This document shows positions 15,160 to 23,642 of a stretch of DNA of 64,000 bases, piece by piece. Both the position numbers and the translations under genes were made by a program. The DNA lies in IMG/VR virus record IMGVR_UViG_3300037882_002341, positions 958 through 64,957 of that record; one strand, given 5' to 3'. The notes beneath the pieces were generated by a model. The model was given only the letters and a program-made list of their open reading frames with translations, was not told the origin of the DNA and searched no databases. Each line of letters starts with the position of its first letter. Within the stretch, counting starts at the first letter, position 1. The DNA comes from a virus. Lineage: Duplodnaviria; Heunggongvirae; Uroviricota; Caudoviricetes.

Positions 15160-16887
15160 TTAGCCTACGACACGCTTGAGCGCATCGAGGAACTGTTCGC
15201 CCCCAAGACGGAGCTTGACCACCCAGGTCCGCCCCTCATTCAGGTCCAGGTGATGGGTGACCTTGCCGTCACACCAACTCCTGTCCTTCGTGAAGGTGGC
15301 CCCCGTGGTCCACTGCATCAGTACGATGTAGCTCCGGAAGATCTTGCTCCTGCCACACAGCAGGCAGCGCCAGTCTCCAGACGTACCCCGGATCTTCCAG
15401 GTGTCGTCCATCTCGAAGGCGGCCTTGCCCAGGAGCTTCTCCTGGGTGTACCGACAGTCCGTCGTGTCCTTCACGAACAGGCTGTAGACTCCGAAGTCAC
15501 CGGTCTCCCGGTACTGTGTCGCGAACATGTTCCTCACACTGTTCACGAGGTTCCAGTACCAGTCGCCCTTCTCCGTGACCCTCTTGCTGCAGTGGTCACA
15601 GCGAGACTGACGCAGGCTCCGTTTGCCCGCGCACAGCCTCTTGAATGTCGGAATCTCCGTGTCCCAGCCGATCGGCATGACCAGTCCACTGTTCCTCAGG
15701 TTGAGCCTGGGGCGCAGCGTCTCCTCTTCACACAGCCACCGCTTGAGCAGGCTCTTGGCCCGCTTGACGATGAAGTCCGTGTGGAGCTTGGTGAATCCAC
15801 GATCTGACTCGTACCCCCAGCCTTCGCCGGGAACGTAGACAGGCCTGTGAATCCTGGTCTCCCAGGGCAACCGCTCAAGGGACTTGATGCCCTTGATGAT
15901 CACCACGGGATCCGCTTCGAGCCTGGGAGCATGGACGTGGTAGTACTTGATGTTGTCCACCATGTCCTGGAGCCTCTTCAGCCCTCCGTGGCGCTGGATC
16001 CAGGTACAGAATCCACCCACGTAGTCTGACCGATAGTCCCAGAACGGGTACCTCTCGGTCATGTCCCTGAACTCGTCCCTCGCCCACGTCACGGCCCGGC
16101 GATCCGTGTGGTGCATGGGATAGTCCGGAAGGACCATGTCCATGTCATCACGATCACCCAGATCGTTCTGTGAGTCGAGGGCTTCCTGAAGCACCAGAGA
16201 GGTCGGCCTCATCGCCGAGATCACCCTGGCATTCAGGTCGTAGTACTGCTTCTCTTCGAGGGTATACGTCACCCACGATTCCGAGCAGTGAGTCCTGTGG
16301 GCTGCGATGTCCCACTCGTCAGGGGCCTCATCCACCGGGTGGAGGAGCTTGAGCTCTGCCTTCGTCAGGCGAGGCTTCTTGACCTTGAAGCCTGAGGCGC
16401 AGCCAGCAGTCGGATCGGCCTTCTGCAGGCTCTTCAGACGCTTCTTTGCCTCCTTCAGCCTCTTGATCCGGTCAGCCTCCATGGGATCGGTGTCCGGTGA
16501 GATCTTCCCCACCTTCTGCCTCCTCCATGCAAAGGCCTTCCAAGCCTCAGCGAGCCTAGACCTTTCGGCCATCAGCCCGTAGAGTTGGGAGCTCTTCTCC
16601 CAGGCCTGGGCCTCAGCCACGATCGCCGAGTACTCCGAGAGGAGCCGCTTCAGCGCCATGTTGGGACGCTTGACGACACCCTCTTCCGTGAGCACATCTT
16701 CGAACGCAGGCACTTCGAGGAACTCTTCCTTCTCGCGCAGATGCGAGAGGACGAGCCTACGAAGCACCTCTGCCTTGGCCCACCCTGCATCGATAGGGTC
16801 TTCCCTGTTCCGATACGTGACGGACTCGTCAGGTGAGCTGTGGAAGAGATATTCCATGAGCTCATCGACTCTCTCTTGCTCACTCAT
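15160..16887 (-). CDS. large hypothetical protein (575 aa, start MSEQER) with C-terminal CxxC pairs
   Basis: AAGGAGG RBS; CDHC and CLLC; no recognisable catalytic motif. Confidence 0.8.
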   Translation of the reverse strand: MSEQERVDELMEYLFHSSPDESVTYRNREDPIDAGWAKAEVLRRLVLSHLREKEEFLEVPAFEDVLTEEGVVKRPNMALKRLLSEYSAIVAEAQAWEKSSQLYGLMAERSRLAEAWKAFAWRRQKVGKISPDTDPMEADRIKRLKEAKKRLKSLQKADPTAGCASGFKVKKPRLTKAELKLLHPVDEAPDEWDIAAHRTHCSESWVTYTLEEKQYYDLNARVISAMRPTSLVLQEALDSQNDLGDRDDMDMVLPDYPMHHTDRRAVTWARDEFRDMTERYPFWDYRSDYVGGFCTWIQRHGGLKRLQDMVDNIKYYHVHAPRLEADPVVIIKGIKSLERLPWETRIHRPVYVPGEGWGYESDRGFTKLHTDFIVKRAKSLLKRWLCEEETLRPRLNLRNSGLVMPIGWDTEIPTFKRLCAGKRSLRQSRCDHCSKRVTEKGDWYWNLVNSVRNMFATQYRETGDFGVYSLFVKDTTDCRYTQEKLLGKAAFEMDDTWKIRGTSGDWRCLLCGRSKIFRSYIVLMQWTTGATFTKDRSWCDGKVTHHLDLNEGRTWVVKLRLGGEQFLDALKRVVG

Positions 16888-16962
16888 TTGAGTGGTACCT
16901 CCTTTGGGTGAGCAACTCTCGGTGCTTTCTTTAGTGAGGTGCACCTAAGCCTCATTGAAAAT

Positions 16963-17003
16963 AAAGAAACAAAAGGGCAGAGCCTGCAAAGCAGGATGCC
17001 CTT
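16963..17003 (-). terminator. intrinsic terminator (bulged hairpin + TTTGTTTCTTT)
   Basis: AAGGGCA..TGCCCTT followed by a U-rich tail. Confidence 0.7.
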
Positions 17004-17006
17004 GTC

Positions 17007-17279
17007 TCAGGAATCTGAGCAGGCAGCGCACATCTTGCTGCCAGTCAGCCTGTCGATAGGGATCTCGTTCGGGCACTGAACCCGACGGTATCCCTCTGGC
17101 TTGGACTCATCAGGGACAGTCCATCCAGCCTTGCACTGGACAGTCTTCTCTGATGAACCGGTCTGCGCACAACGAGCGTGCAGGAATGGGTTGCCAGGTC
17201 CACCAACCCTAGAGATCTCTTCTCCAGGTCTGATGTGACCGTAGCACACCCTGCATGACCCGTGGTACCGGGCACGCAT
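17007..17279 (-). CDS. zinc-ribbon hypothetical protein
   Basis: MRARY.G.C..C...I.PGE.I......H..C pattern; GGAGG RBS. Confidence 0.75.
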   Translation of the reverse strand: MRARYHGSCRVCYGHIRPGEEISRVGGPGNPFLHARCAQTGSSEKTVQCKAGWTVPDESKPEGYRRVQCPNEIPIDRLTGSKMCAACSDS

Positions 17280-17300
17280 GTTGACCTCCCTTGAATGAAC

Positions 17301-17756
17301 CTACTCGACGTCCTTCACCTCGGATCCACATCCCAGACAGATCGACGACTCTCCGTATCGATCGATCATGTCAGCCGAACAGCACGGGCTGACGTGGAAC
17401 TTCTCAGGTTCCTTCGGTGCCCTCTCTTCCTTTTCCTGGACGTCCGACCAGTACTCGTACCCACACGTGGGATCGCAGAACTTCGCTTCCGCGAGGTCCA
17501 GCACATACGGACTGAGCAGGTCCTTCCCGCACTGAGAGCACGTTCCCATCGGAGTGACAGCCTCGTAGACGATCCCCACCGAGCTGAGATCGTTGATCCC
17601 CTGAGCTCGCATCTCTTCTCCGAGCCAGAGACGCTTCTCGATCATGACCCCGATGGCCAGCTTCGCAGCGGTCTCCTTATCCTCTGCGTTCACCTGGCAG
17701 ATCCAGGGGTCACAGGCTCCCTGTCCTGGGTGGATCCAAACATTCCATGTCTTCAT
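17301..17756 (-). CDS. zinc-binding hypothetical protein (start MKTWNV)
   Basis: CSQC..FCDPTC, SPCC..CLGC; AAGGAG RBS. Confidence 0.72.
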   Translation of the reverse strand: MKTWNVWIHPGQGACDPWICQVNAEDKETAAKLAIGVMIEKRLWLGEEMRAQGINDLSSVGIVYEAVTPMGTCSQCGKDLLSPYVLDLAEAKFCDPTCGYEYWSDVQEKEERAPKEPEKFHVSPCCSADMIDRYGESSICLGCGSEVKDVE

Positions 17757-17808
17757 ACTGCTCCTTGGCCATATTGGTAACTGGGTTGGCCAGACCCACT
17801 TAAGTAGT

Positions 17809-17843
17809 AAAGAAACAAAGGGCCCACCCGTTAGGGCGAGCCC
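17809..17843 (-). terminator. intrinsic terminator (bulged hairpin + TTTGTTTCTTT)
   Basis: Same tail as the 16963 and 18417 elements. Confidence 0.65.
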
Positions 17844-17866
17844 AGTGTTCATGTCCTAGTCAGAGA

Positions 17867-18337
17867 CTAGAACTGCAGGTCCGTGTCCGGAGCCTGAGAG
17901 ACGGTGGCCTTCTTCGCCAGGTACGCCTTCACGGCCTCCTGGGTCGGGGCCTGCCGGGTGAAGCGGTTCCTCTGCACTCCGGCCTCCTCCTCCTTGAGGA
18001 AGGTGTCGTGGACGATCTGGTCCACGTACGTCTGGACACCGTCGGTTCCCATCAACTCACGGCCGATGAGGCAGCCGTAGCAGCGGAAGTACCCCGACGA
18101 CGGGGACGCCTGGTAGACGCCCGTGCCGAGACAGCTCGTGCACTCCCTGGAGGGCTTCAGGGTCTCCAGGTACTTCACGAACGCCACGATGTGCTCGCGC
18201 CCCTTGACGAAGGTCTTCGAGTCGGTGGACTCGACGAACTTCTCACGGATGATGCAGAGAAGGCTGAATGCCGCCTTGCCCAGCAACTCCCGCTTCGCCT
18301 GGGACTCGACCATCTCGGCGCTGTTCTTCTTGGCCAT
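17867..18337 (-). CDS. hypothetical protein with CxxCxGxG zinc-finger repeat
   Basis: CTSCLGTG...CYGC; AAGGAGG RBS; GC3 bias. Confidence 0.78.
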   Translation of the reverse strand: MAKKNSAEMVESQAKRELLGKAAFSLLCIIREKFVESTDSKTFVKGREHIVAFVKYLETLKPSRECTSCLGTGVYQASPSSGYFRCYGCLIGRELMGTDGVQTYVDQIVHDTFLKEEEAGVQRNRFTRQAPTQEAVKAYLAKKATVSQAPDTDLQF

Positions 18338-18416
18338 GTTGGCCTCCTTTCGGTGAGTGGTACCTCACCACCTGACGATATGTCAGGTACTAGGTCTGTT
18401 CCTAGTTCAATATAGT

Positions 18417-18453
18417 AAAAGAAACAAAAGGGCAGGCCCTAAAGCCCACCCTT
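18417..18453 (-). terminator. intrinsic terminator (bulged hairpin + TTTGTTTCTTT)
   Basis: AAGGG..CCCTT + U-rich tail. Confidence 0.65.
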
Positions 18454-18557
18454 ATGCCCTACACTAGGCCTAGCTACAGCCTGGGTAGGTAAGTCCATGT
18501 AGTACCACCAGAGGCCCACAGTGAGTGTCCTGTGAGCCCCTGTGCATGTCCTGGTGA

Positions 18558-18791
18558 CTAGCCCTTGTTGGGCTTGTGCTGCGTGCTGGGACTTCCAGCC
18601 TCACAGAGGTAGCACCTTGGTGCCGTATTGCACACCGATGAGTGCTTGGTGCACGTGTAGTACACCTTGCCCCTGTGTTCGGGCAATGCCACGACGTGCG
18701 CTGTGCCCTTCCTGGTACGGAAGTACTCCCGTGCTTCCTCCAGGATGCAGAACACTGCGATCAACATTACGACCAACACAATGAGCTCCAT
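18558..18791 (-). CDS. small membrane-anchored Cys/His protein
   Basis: AAGGAGG RBS; N-terminal hydrophobic helix. Confidence 0.65.
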   Translation of the reverse strand: MELIVLVVMLIAVFCILEEAREYFRTRKGTAHVVALPEHRGKVYYTCTKHSSVCNTAPRCYLCEAGSPSTQHKPNKG

Positions 18792-19108
18792 GACAGAGCC
18801 TCCTTGAACGGATACGCGGGATTGCGTATCTCGCTAAATAAAAAGAAAGCAAGCTAGACACAATGTCAATCAGACCTACCCCGGGGCGGGAAATGGAATA
18901 CAGGCAAAGTACCTACTTACAAACTCCTAGTATCCGGCCAGATTTTCCATAAAATTTTCTGCTATAAGGTTCTGGGTCTATTAGCGACTCTTCTCTCTTC
19001 CAAGCTCTTATAAAAATTTTGTATACTCTTTTACTGTCTATATGGACTTCTGCCATTCGGGGATACTACAATGTCTTCTTGTGCTAAGACTAGGCTCGAA
19101 AAGGAGAG

Positions 19109-19312
19109 ATGTGTGATCTTATGGACAATGAGATGACTTTGGCCGAGGCCATTATCCAGGGTGAGCAAGCATGGTTGAATAGCGGGAAAGATGTCAGCAT
19201 TAGAATAGGTAAGTGTGTTCTGACATTCTACGAAGGTCAGCTTGAGATGATTGAAGATGATAACGGGAAGATGGTGTCAATCCCCGGAGGCTCGGTCATT
19301 GTTAAGAAATAG
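19109..19312 (+). CDS. hypothetical protein
   Basis: AAGGAG RBS; first plus-strand gene. Confidence 0.65.
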   Translation: MCDLMDNEMTLAEAIIQGEQAWLNSGKDVSIRIGKCVLTFYEGQLEMIEDDNGKMVSIPGGSVIVKK

Positions 19313-19700
19313 CTTTGATGGCTTTACCTACAACTCTCTTTCTAGAGAATATGATTGGTTTTCCAAGCCGCCGAATCTCATTACTCCGTATGAGTTGGTA
19401 AAGTGGGCGATAACGTGCTGTGGTTGGGCCACTCGAGACAATGCCCCACAGGGTAAGCTCTACTGGTGGGGCCCTTCGGGGCCCACTCCATGGACTGGTT
19501 CGCGCTATATTGAATACACAGACGATGGTGTAGCACTACAAGTAATGCGTTCGCACTACTCTCATTGGTGGAATCAAAGAGAGACAGTAAAGAAAGCATT
19601 CGAACTTTTGGACGCCGCAGAAGCCAAACCAGATAGTCTTCCCGGCTTTGTTATGCCAGACGAAACAGATAATGGTTTCAAGGGGACAGAAGAGGATTAA
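19251..19700 (+). CDS. hypothetical protein (true start may be ~19299)
   Basis: ORF abutting the next gene. Confidence 0.6.
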   Translation: MKMITGRWCQSPEARSLLRNSFDGFTYNSLSREYDWFSKPPNLITPYELVKWAITCCGWATRDNAPQGKLYWWGPSGPTPWTGSRYIEYTDDGVALQVMRSHYSHWWNQRETVKKAFELLDAAEAKPDSLPGFVMPDETDNGFKGTEED

Positions 19701-20246
19701 ATGATTACAAAGAGATACGAAGAGACCTTCTGGTATTACACACAATCTCGCGACATCCACTGGGGATATACAATCCCAAACTCCACTGCAGACGCGAGAG
19801 GATACAAATCAGAAGAAGAGGCGCATCAATTCTATCTAATGTATATGAATCTCAATCCCCACCTCAAAGCAGATTCGCCGATCAATCTTCCAAAAGACAC
19901 AACAATATTCGTAGATTTCGACGGTACGATCTATAAAGGGCCACTTAGCGACAACTACCAGGACATGGCGCCACCAGACCCCCAGGCAGTGCGTACAATC
20001 CAACAACTCCACGCTGCCGGGTACCGCATTACCCTTTACTCTTGCCGCTCTAATCCCGCTGTTGTGGGCTCTAATATAAGGGCAGATCAGCAAACCGCCC
20101 ATATGACAAGATACTGCACACTGCACGGTATCCCTTATGACAATGTGGAGTTCTTCAAACCACACTATCATCTTCTTATAGATGATCGTGCTATTTCCGG
20201 TAAAGACTGGAATATCGTAAGAAGTCTGTTGGGCATGACACCCTAG
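19701..20246 (+). CDS. HAD-superfamily phosphatase
   Basis: FVDFDGT motif I, YSCR motif II, KP...LIDDRA motifs III/IV. Confidence 0.85.
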   Translation: MITKRYEETFWYYTQSRDIHWGYTIPNSTADARGYKSEEEAHQFYLMYMNLNPHLKADSPINLPKDTTIFVDFDGTIYKGPLSDNYQDMAPPDPQAVRTIQQLHAAGYRITLYSCRSNPAVVGSNIRADQQTAHMTRYCTLHGIPYDNVEFFKPHYHLLIDDRAISGKDWNIVRSLLGMTP

Positions 20247-20255
20247 CCTTATACA

Positions 20256-20495
20256 ATGGCGTCCTACGCCAGCAAGGTCCTCCGGACCTTTAAAATAGGT
20301 TTAATAATGAGAGATAGAAAAAAGAAACTTGAGATGACCGACATAGAACCCTATGATCTATGTGACTTCAGGGAACACTATCCTAGAACAGGAGAAGACC
20401 AAGTGATGAAAAAACATATGAGCGAAAAGACAATGAAAAAGAACATGGCGAAAAAGCCAAAACCAGACAAAAAGAAGTATCCTAAGTCTAAGTAA
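20256..20495 (+). CDS. Lys-rich small protein (start uncertain)
   Basis: C-terminal poly-basic tract. Confidence 0.45.
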   Translation: MASYASKVLRTFKIGLIMRDRKKKLEMTDIEPYDLCDFREHYPRTGEDQVMKKHMSEKTMKKNMAKKPKPDKKKYPKSK

Positions 20496-20697
20496 CTAGC
20501 AAATGCAAAAACGCACGCTATAATCTACGAGGCCTAGTCAGCCCAACGGCTGACCCTTCTCCTTAAGGCGGGGTTTGGCCTTGTAAACCAGATCCCGCCA
20601 AAGAGTTTATATGATCAAAATCCGCTCCCATTCCTGGCGAAATACCCACACCCGACACACCGGGTAGAGTTTCCCTCTACCTCAGGCATGTCGAGGC

Positions 20698-20769
20698 TCT
20701 GAGGTAGCTCAATGGTTGAGCGGCTGGCTGTTACCCAGTTGGATGTAGGTTCGAGCCCTACCCTCAGAG
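20698..20769 (+). tRNA. tRNA-Asn(GTT)
   Basis: Cloverleaf, loop CTGTTAC. Confidence 0.9.
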
Positions 20770-20783
20770 CCCTGAATGCCTAC

Positions 20784-20857
20784 AGTAGCCTGGTGCAACG
20801 GCAGCATGAGGGACTGTTAATCCCACGATCTAGGTTCGAATCCTAGGGCTACTGCCA
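20784..20857 (+). tRNA. tRNA-Asn(GTT), second copy
   Basis: Loop CTGTTAA, GCCA end. Confidence 0.88.
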
Positions 20858-20872
20858 ATTCTAAGACAAAGC

Positions 20873-20946
20873 AGGCTGGAGGTTCCGGCGACCAAGATTG
20901 TCTCCAAAACAAATTTAGGTGGGTTCGACTCCCACACAGCCTGCCA
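20873..20946 (+). tRNA. tRNA-Trp(CCA)
   Basis: Loop CTCCAAA, GCCA end; weak D arm. Confidence 0.8.
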
Positions 20947-20961
20947 AAAGAATCCTCAGGT

Positions 20962-21033
20962 GTGGCCGTTGACTAAAGGTAAGTCGCCTCTCTGTGAAAG
21001 AGGTATATATGGGTTCGAATCCCATCGGTCACC
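20962..21033 (+). tRNA. tRNA-His(GTG)
   Basis: Loop CTGTGAA, C73. Confidence 0.9.
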
Positions 21034-21062
21034 CCTAAGGATACCATAGTGTAATTGTAAAT

Positions 21063-21082
21063 AAAACCCCCTTTCGGGGGTT
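21063..21082. terminator. probable terminator between convergent units
   Basis: AACCCCC-TTTC-GGGGGTT hairpin with an A-tract on the left. Confidence 0.6.
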
Positions 21083-21106
21083 CTAAGATGAGAACTTACA
21101 ATTACA

Positions 21107-21313
21107 CTATTTAATGGATTCTATCTCCGACTCTGCCTCCTTGAGGTCTGTTTGGACCTCAATGGCTTCCTGGATGATCTCTTCTAGTGCTTTCTGATTA
21201 TTTTTCTGTTGGATATAGATGTCCAACTGTTCTTCTGTTAAAAGTGGCCTAACGGGTTCTTTTATTGCTTGACCACAACCCAAAAGTAACAGAATAAACA
21301 AAAGACATCGCAT
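21107..21313 (-). CDS. small lipoprotein (possible o-spanin)
   Basis: MRCLLFILLLLGC lipobox-like signal. Confidence 0.65.
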   Translation of the reverse strand: MRCLLFILLLLGCGQAIKEPVRPLLTEEQLDIYIQQKNNQKALEEIIQEAIEVQTDLKEAESEIESIK

Positions 21314-21633
21314 TACTTCACTCTATCCAACTTGTCTTCAATTCTCTTTGCGGTGTCTGATACACTTGACAACATAACGCGCAGCGTCTCAACCTGGCCC
21401 GTGAGTTTGGTTTGCTCAACCTTTAAAAGACCAGACACAGAGATCAGCTCCCTAACTACCTCTTTGTTTTCCAGTAACTCTCTCTCTTGTGAGTCTATTC
21501 TATACTCGAGTCTAGCTCCCCACGTTGCGCCACCAATACACACCAGGATTATAGGCAAGAGATACTTGACTATATAATTAGGTGTAAGCGGGGAATTTCC
21601 CATGTCAGATGTTTCCTGGTCAGTATTTGCCAT
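21313..21633 (-). CDS. single-TM coiled-coil protein (possible i-spanin or holin-like)
   Basis: One TM helix then a heptad-rich tail; GGAG RBS. Confidence 0.65.
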   Translation of the reverse strand: MANTDQETSDMGNSPLTPNYIVKYLLPIILVCIGGATWGARLEYRIDSQERELLENKEVVRELISVSGLLKVEQTKLTGQVETLRVMLSSVSDTAKRIEDKLDRVK

Positions 21634-21737
21634 GACTCTCCTTTGGATTAAGACATAATTATACGATAGATAAATCTAACCCCAATACATTTAAAGTTTA
21701 ACTTGATCTTTCTACTGATTGATGGCAAAATTCTATC

Positions 21738-21965
21738 ATGAGCTTTCCTCTTAATCCCAAGTTATTGGAAGCAGCCGAAAAAATTATTGAGGCTCTGTCT
21801 TCGGACATCTTGGCTCCGCGCAAGTGTCCCTCTTGTGGAGAGACATACTTATCTCCATCTCAAACACAAATAGACAAGATAGACGAAGTGTTACCGGGAA
21901 AAATAGACTTCTCCGACGTAGATACAATTTGCTCTTCTTGTGTGAATACAAGATTTGTAAGCTAG
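21738..21965 (+). CDS. zinc-ribbon protein
   Basis: CPSC...CSSC; TTGATC-17-CAAAAT promoter-like element just upstream. Confidence 0.7.
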   Translation: MSFPLNPKLLEAAEKIIEALSSDILAPRKCPSCGETYLSPSQTQIDKIDEVLPGKIDFSDVDTICSSCVNTRFVS

Positions 21966-21977
21966 AATAGTAGAGCT

Positions 21978-22157
21978 GTGCTCTACTATCAAAACTTCCA
22001 TTGTGCAGAGTGTTTAAAAACAGAGAAATTTATTGACGTTGGTGATTACTGGCTCTGTCTACGGTGTTGTAAGAAACTGTGGAAGAAACATGGTCAAATT
22101 AAACCTCGCCCAGATCAGGATGAGAGAAGACTTCCTGAAGATTCACACGGCGAGTAA
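21978..22157 (+). CDS. small zinc-ribbon protein (59 aa)
   Basis: CAEC...WLCLRC; below the ORF-track cutoff. Confidence 0.5.
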   Translation: MLYYQNFHCAECLKTEKFIDVGDYWLCLRCCKKLWKKHGQIKPRPDQDERRLPEDSHGE

Positions 22158-22341
22158 AAGAGCAAGTCCCGACACATCAGAGTTTTGTTTCCTGTGTGAC
22201 AAGCCAGGAGACAATAGGCAAAGTGGATCCATGTTTAGTACTCTTATCCCATGTAATCCCGGCAAGGGATTCATAATGGATGAGATAACAGGAATATGGG
22301 TTTGCTCAAGTTGCGTGGTCGTGATGGAAAAGAAAATCTAG
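22121..22341 (+). CDS. small zinc-finger protein (start uncertain)
   Basis: CFLC...WVCSSC. Confidence 0.55.
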
Positions 22342-22559
22342 AATTCTCTGGTGTTTTGAAAAGTCTCTGTTAGTATTTGGCACGGTTACTAACCAAGGAC
22401 AAACCTATGCGTAAAGTCATAAGCCAGATGCCCGCAAAATCCCCGCGAGATACCTTTATAGGTAGTCTCGCCGGACTAGCCACGGCTCGCTATGAATCTG
22501 AGCCAAGGCAGTCCTCAGCTAGACCTTGTCGCAAGCAACGACAAACTAGCTAACCCGGT

Positions 22560-22638
22560 AGCGCGGTAGGGGAGTTTGGTCGTCCCCGCTAGCCTCATAA
22601 GCTAGAGATCACAGGTTCGAATCCTGTCTGCGCCACCA
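22560..22638 (+). tRNA. tRNA-Met(CAT), initiator-like
   Basis: Loop CTCATAA; unpaired 1:72; ACCA end. Confidence 0.88.
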
Positions 22639-22645
22639 CCGGGGT

Positions 22646-22716
22646 TTCGAGATCGTCTAACGGCAGGACCTCGGACTTTGACCCCGACGATGTTGGTTCG
22701 AATCCAGCTCTCGAAA
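22646..22716 (+). tRNA. tRNA-Gln(TTG)
   Basis: Loop CTTTGAC. Confidence 0.88.
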
Positions 22717-22776
22717 CTCTGGTTGTAAAGCTCTTTGACATTTCTGGTATCTAAGTAATCTTAGGTATGGTTTTAT

Positions 22777-22851
22777 GGGCTTGTAGTGCTAATGGTAGCA
22801 CGCCTGCTTTGCAAGCAGGAAGTTAGAGTTCGATTCTCTACTGGTCCACCA
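22777..22851 (+). tRNA. tRNA-Ala(TGC)
   Basis: Loop TTTGCAA, G3:U70, CCA. Confidence 0.92.
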
Positions 22852-22853
22852 GT

Positions 22854-22928
22854 GCTGCTTTCTTCTACTGGCTAGGATATCTCCCTTTCAAGGAGATGAA
22901 GAGGGGTCGGAACCCTCAAGCAGTACCA
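22854..22928 (+). tRNA. tRNA-Glu(TTC)
   Basis: Loop CTTTCAA, CCA. Confidence 0.88.
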
Positions 22929-22933
22929 CATAC

Positions 22934-23009
22934 GGGGATGAGGATAAAGAGTCGAGTCGCCGACCTGTCACGTCGGAAAAAGCGAGTTCAAGTCTCGTCT
23001 TCCCCGCCA
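22934..23009 (+). tRNA. tRNA-Asp(GTC)
   Basis: Loop CTGTCAC, GCCA. Confidence 0.85.
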
Positions 23010-23020
23010 CTGTCTTCAAT

Positions 23021-23098
23021 GCTCCTATCGTCTACGTTTGGCTAGGATAAGACCTTCTCAAGGTCTAGAACTCGGATCGACACCGAGTAGGAGTACCA
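23021..23098 (+). tRNA. tRNA-Glu(CTC)
   Basis: Loop TTCTCAA, CCA. Confidence 0.88.
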
Positions 23099-23102
23099 CT
23101 GT

Positions 23103-23176
23103 ACCGGTTTCGTCTAACGGCAGGATGACGGTCTCTGACTCCGTCGATTGGGGTTCGAATCCCTGAGCCGGTACCA
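23103..23176 (+). tRNA. tRNA-Gln(CTG)
   Basis: Loop CTCTGAC, CCA. Confidence 0.88.
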
Positions 23177-23179
23177 TAT

Positions 23180-23254
23180 GTTCAGATAGCTGAGATGGAT
23201 TAGCGAGGGTCTGAAAAGCCCTAGAGATTGGATCGATACCAATTCTGGACACCA
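23180..23254 (+). tRNA. tRNA-Phe(GAA)
   Basis: Loop CTGAAAA, CCA. Confidence 0.9.
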
Positions 23255-23285
23255 AACCTAAGATTACTTAGTATTACTATATGGA

Positions 23286-23360
23286 CGAGGAGTAGGGTAA
23301 TGGTATCCCACCAGCTTTGGGAGCTGGGGACTGCGAGTTCGAGTCTCGCCTTCTCGACCA
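23286..23360 (+). tRNA. tRNA-Pro(TGG)
   Basis: Loop TTTGGGA, C1:G72, CCA. Confidence 0.9.
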
Positions 23361-23402
23361 TAAAGTAATGTATAGTGGTGCCAGAGCACCACTATTTACA
23401 AC

Positions 23403-23476
23403 TGCTATGTAGTTTAAGGGTAAAATAGGGCCCTCATAAGGCTTTGATCCTAGTTCGACTCTAGGCGTAGCAACCA
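23403..23476 (+). tRNA. tRNA-Met/Ile2(CAT)
   Basis: Loop CTCATAA, CCA; elongator Met versus lysidine-Ile not resolvable by eye. Confidence 0.85.
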
Positions 23477-23506
23477 GACATTTGAAAACAAGGTGAGTAA
23501 AACGGG

Positions 23507-23581
23507 GCGGGAGTGGTATAGAGGCTGTGCCCTTGCCTTCCAAGCAAGAGAGGTCCGGTTCGAGTCCGGCCTTCCGCCCCA
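23507..23581 (+). tRNA. tRNA-Gly(TCC)
   Basis: Loop CTTCCAA, GCG acceptor. Confidence 0.9.
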
Positions 23582-23642
23582 AGCTATGTTTGTTTAATGC
23601 TTCAGTTGTTGCATAAACAAAAGAATCTAGTACAATAACCAA

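Noticed and set aside
22854-23098. TCA triplets in the loops CTTTCAA and TTCTCAA
   Set aside because: They are off-centre; the centred anticodons are TTC and CTC (Glu).
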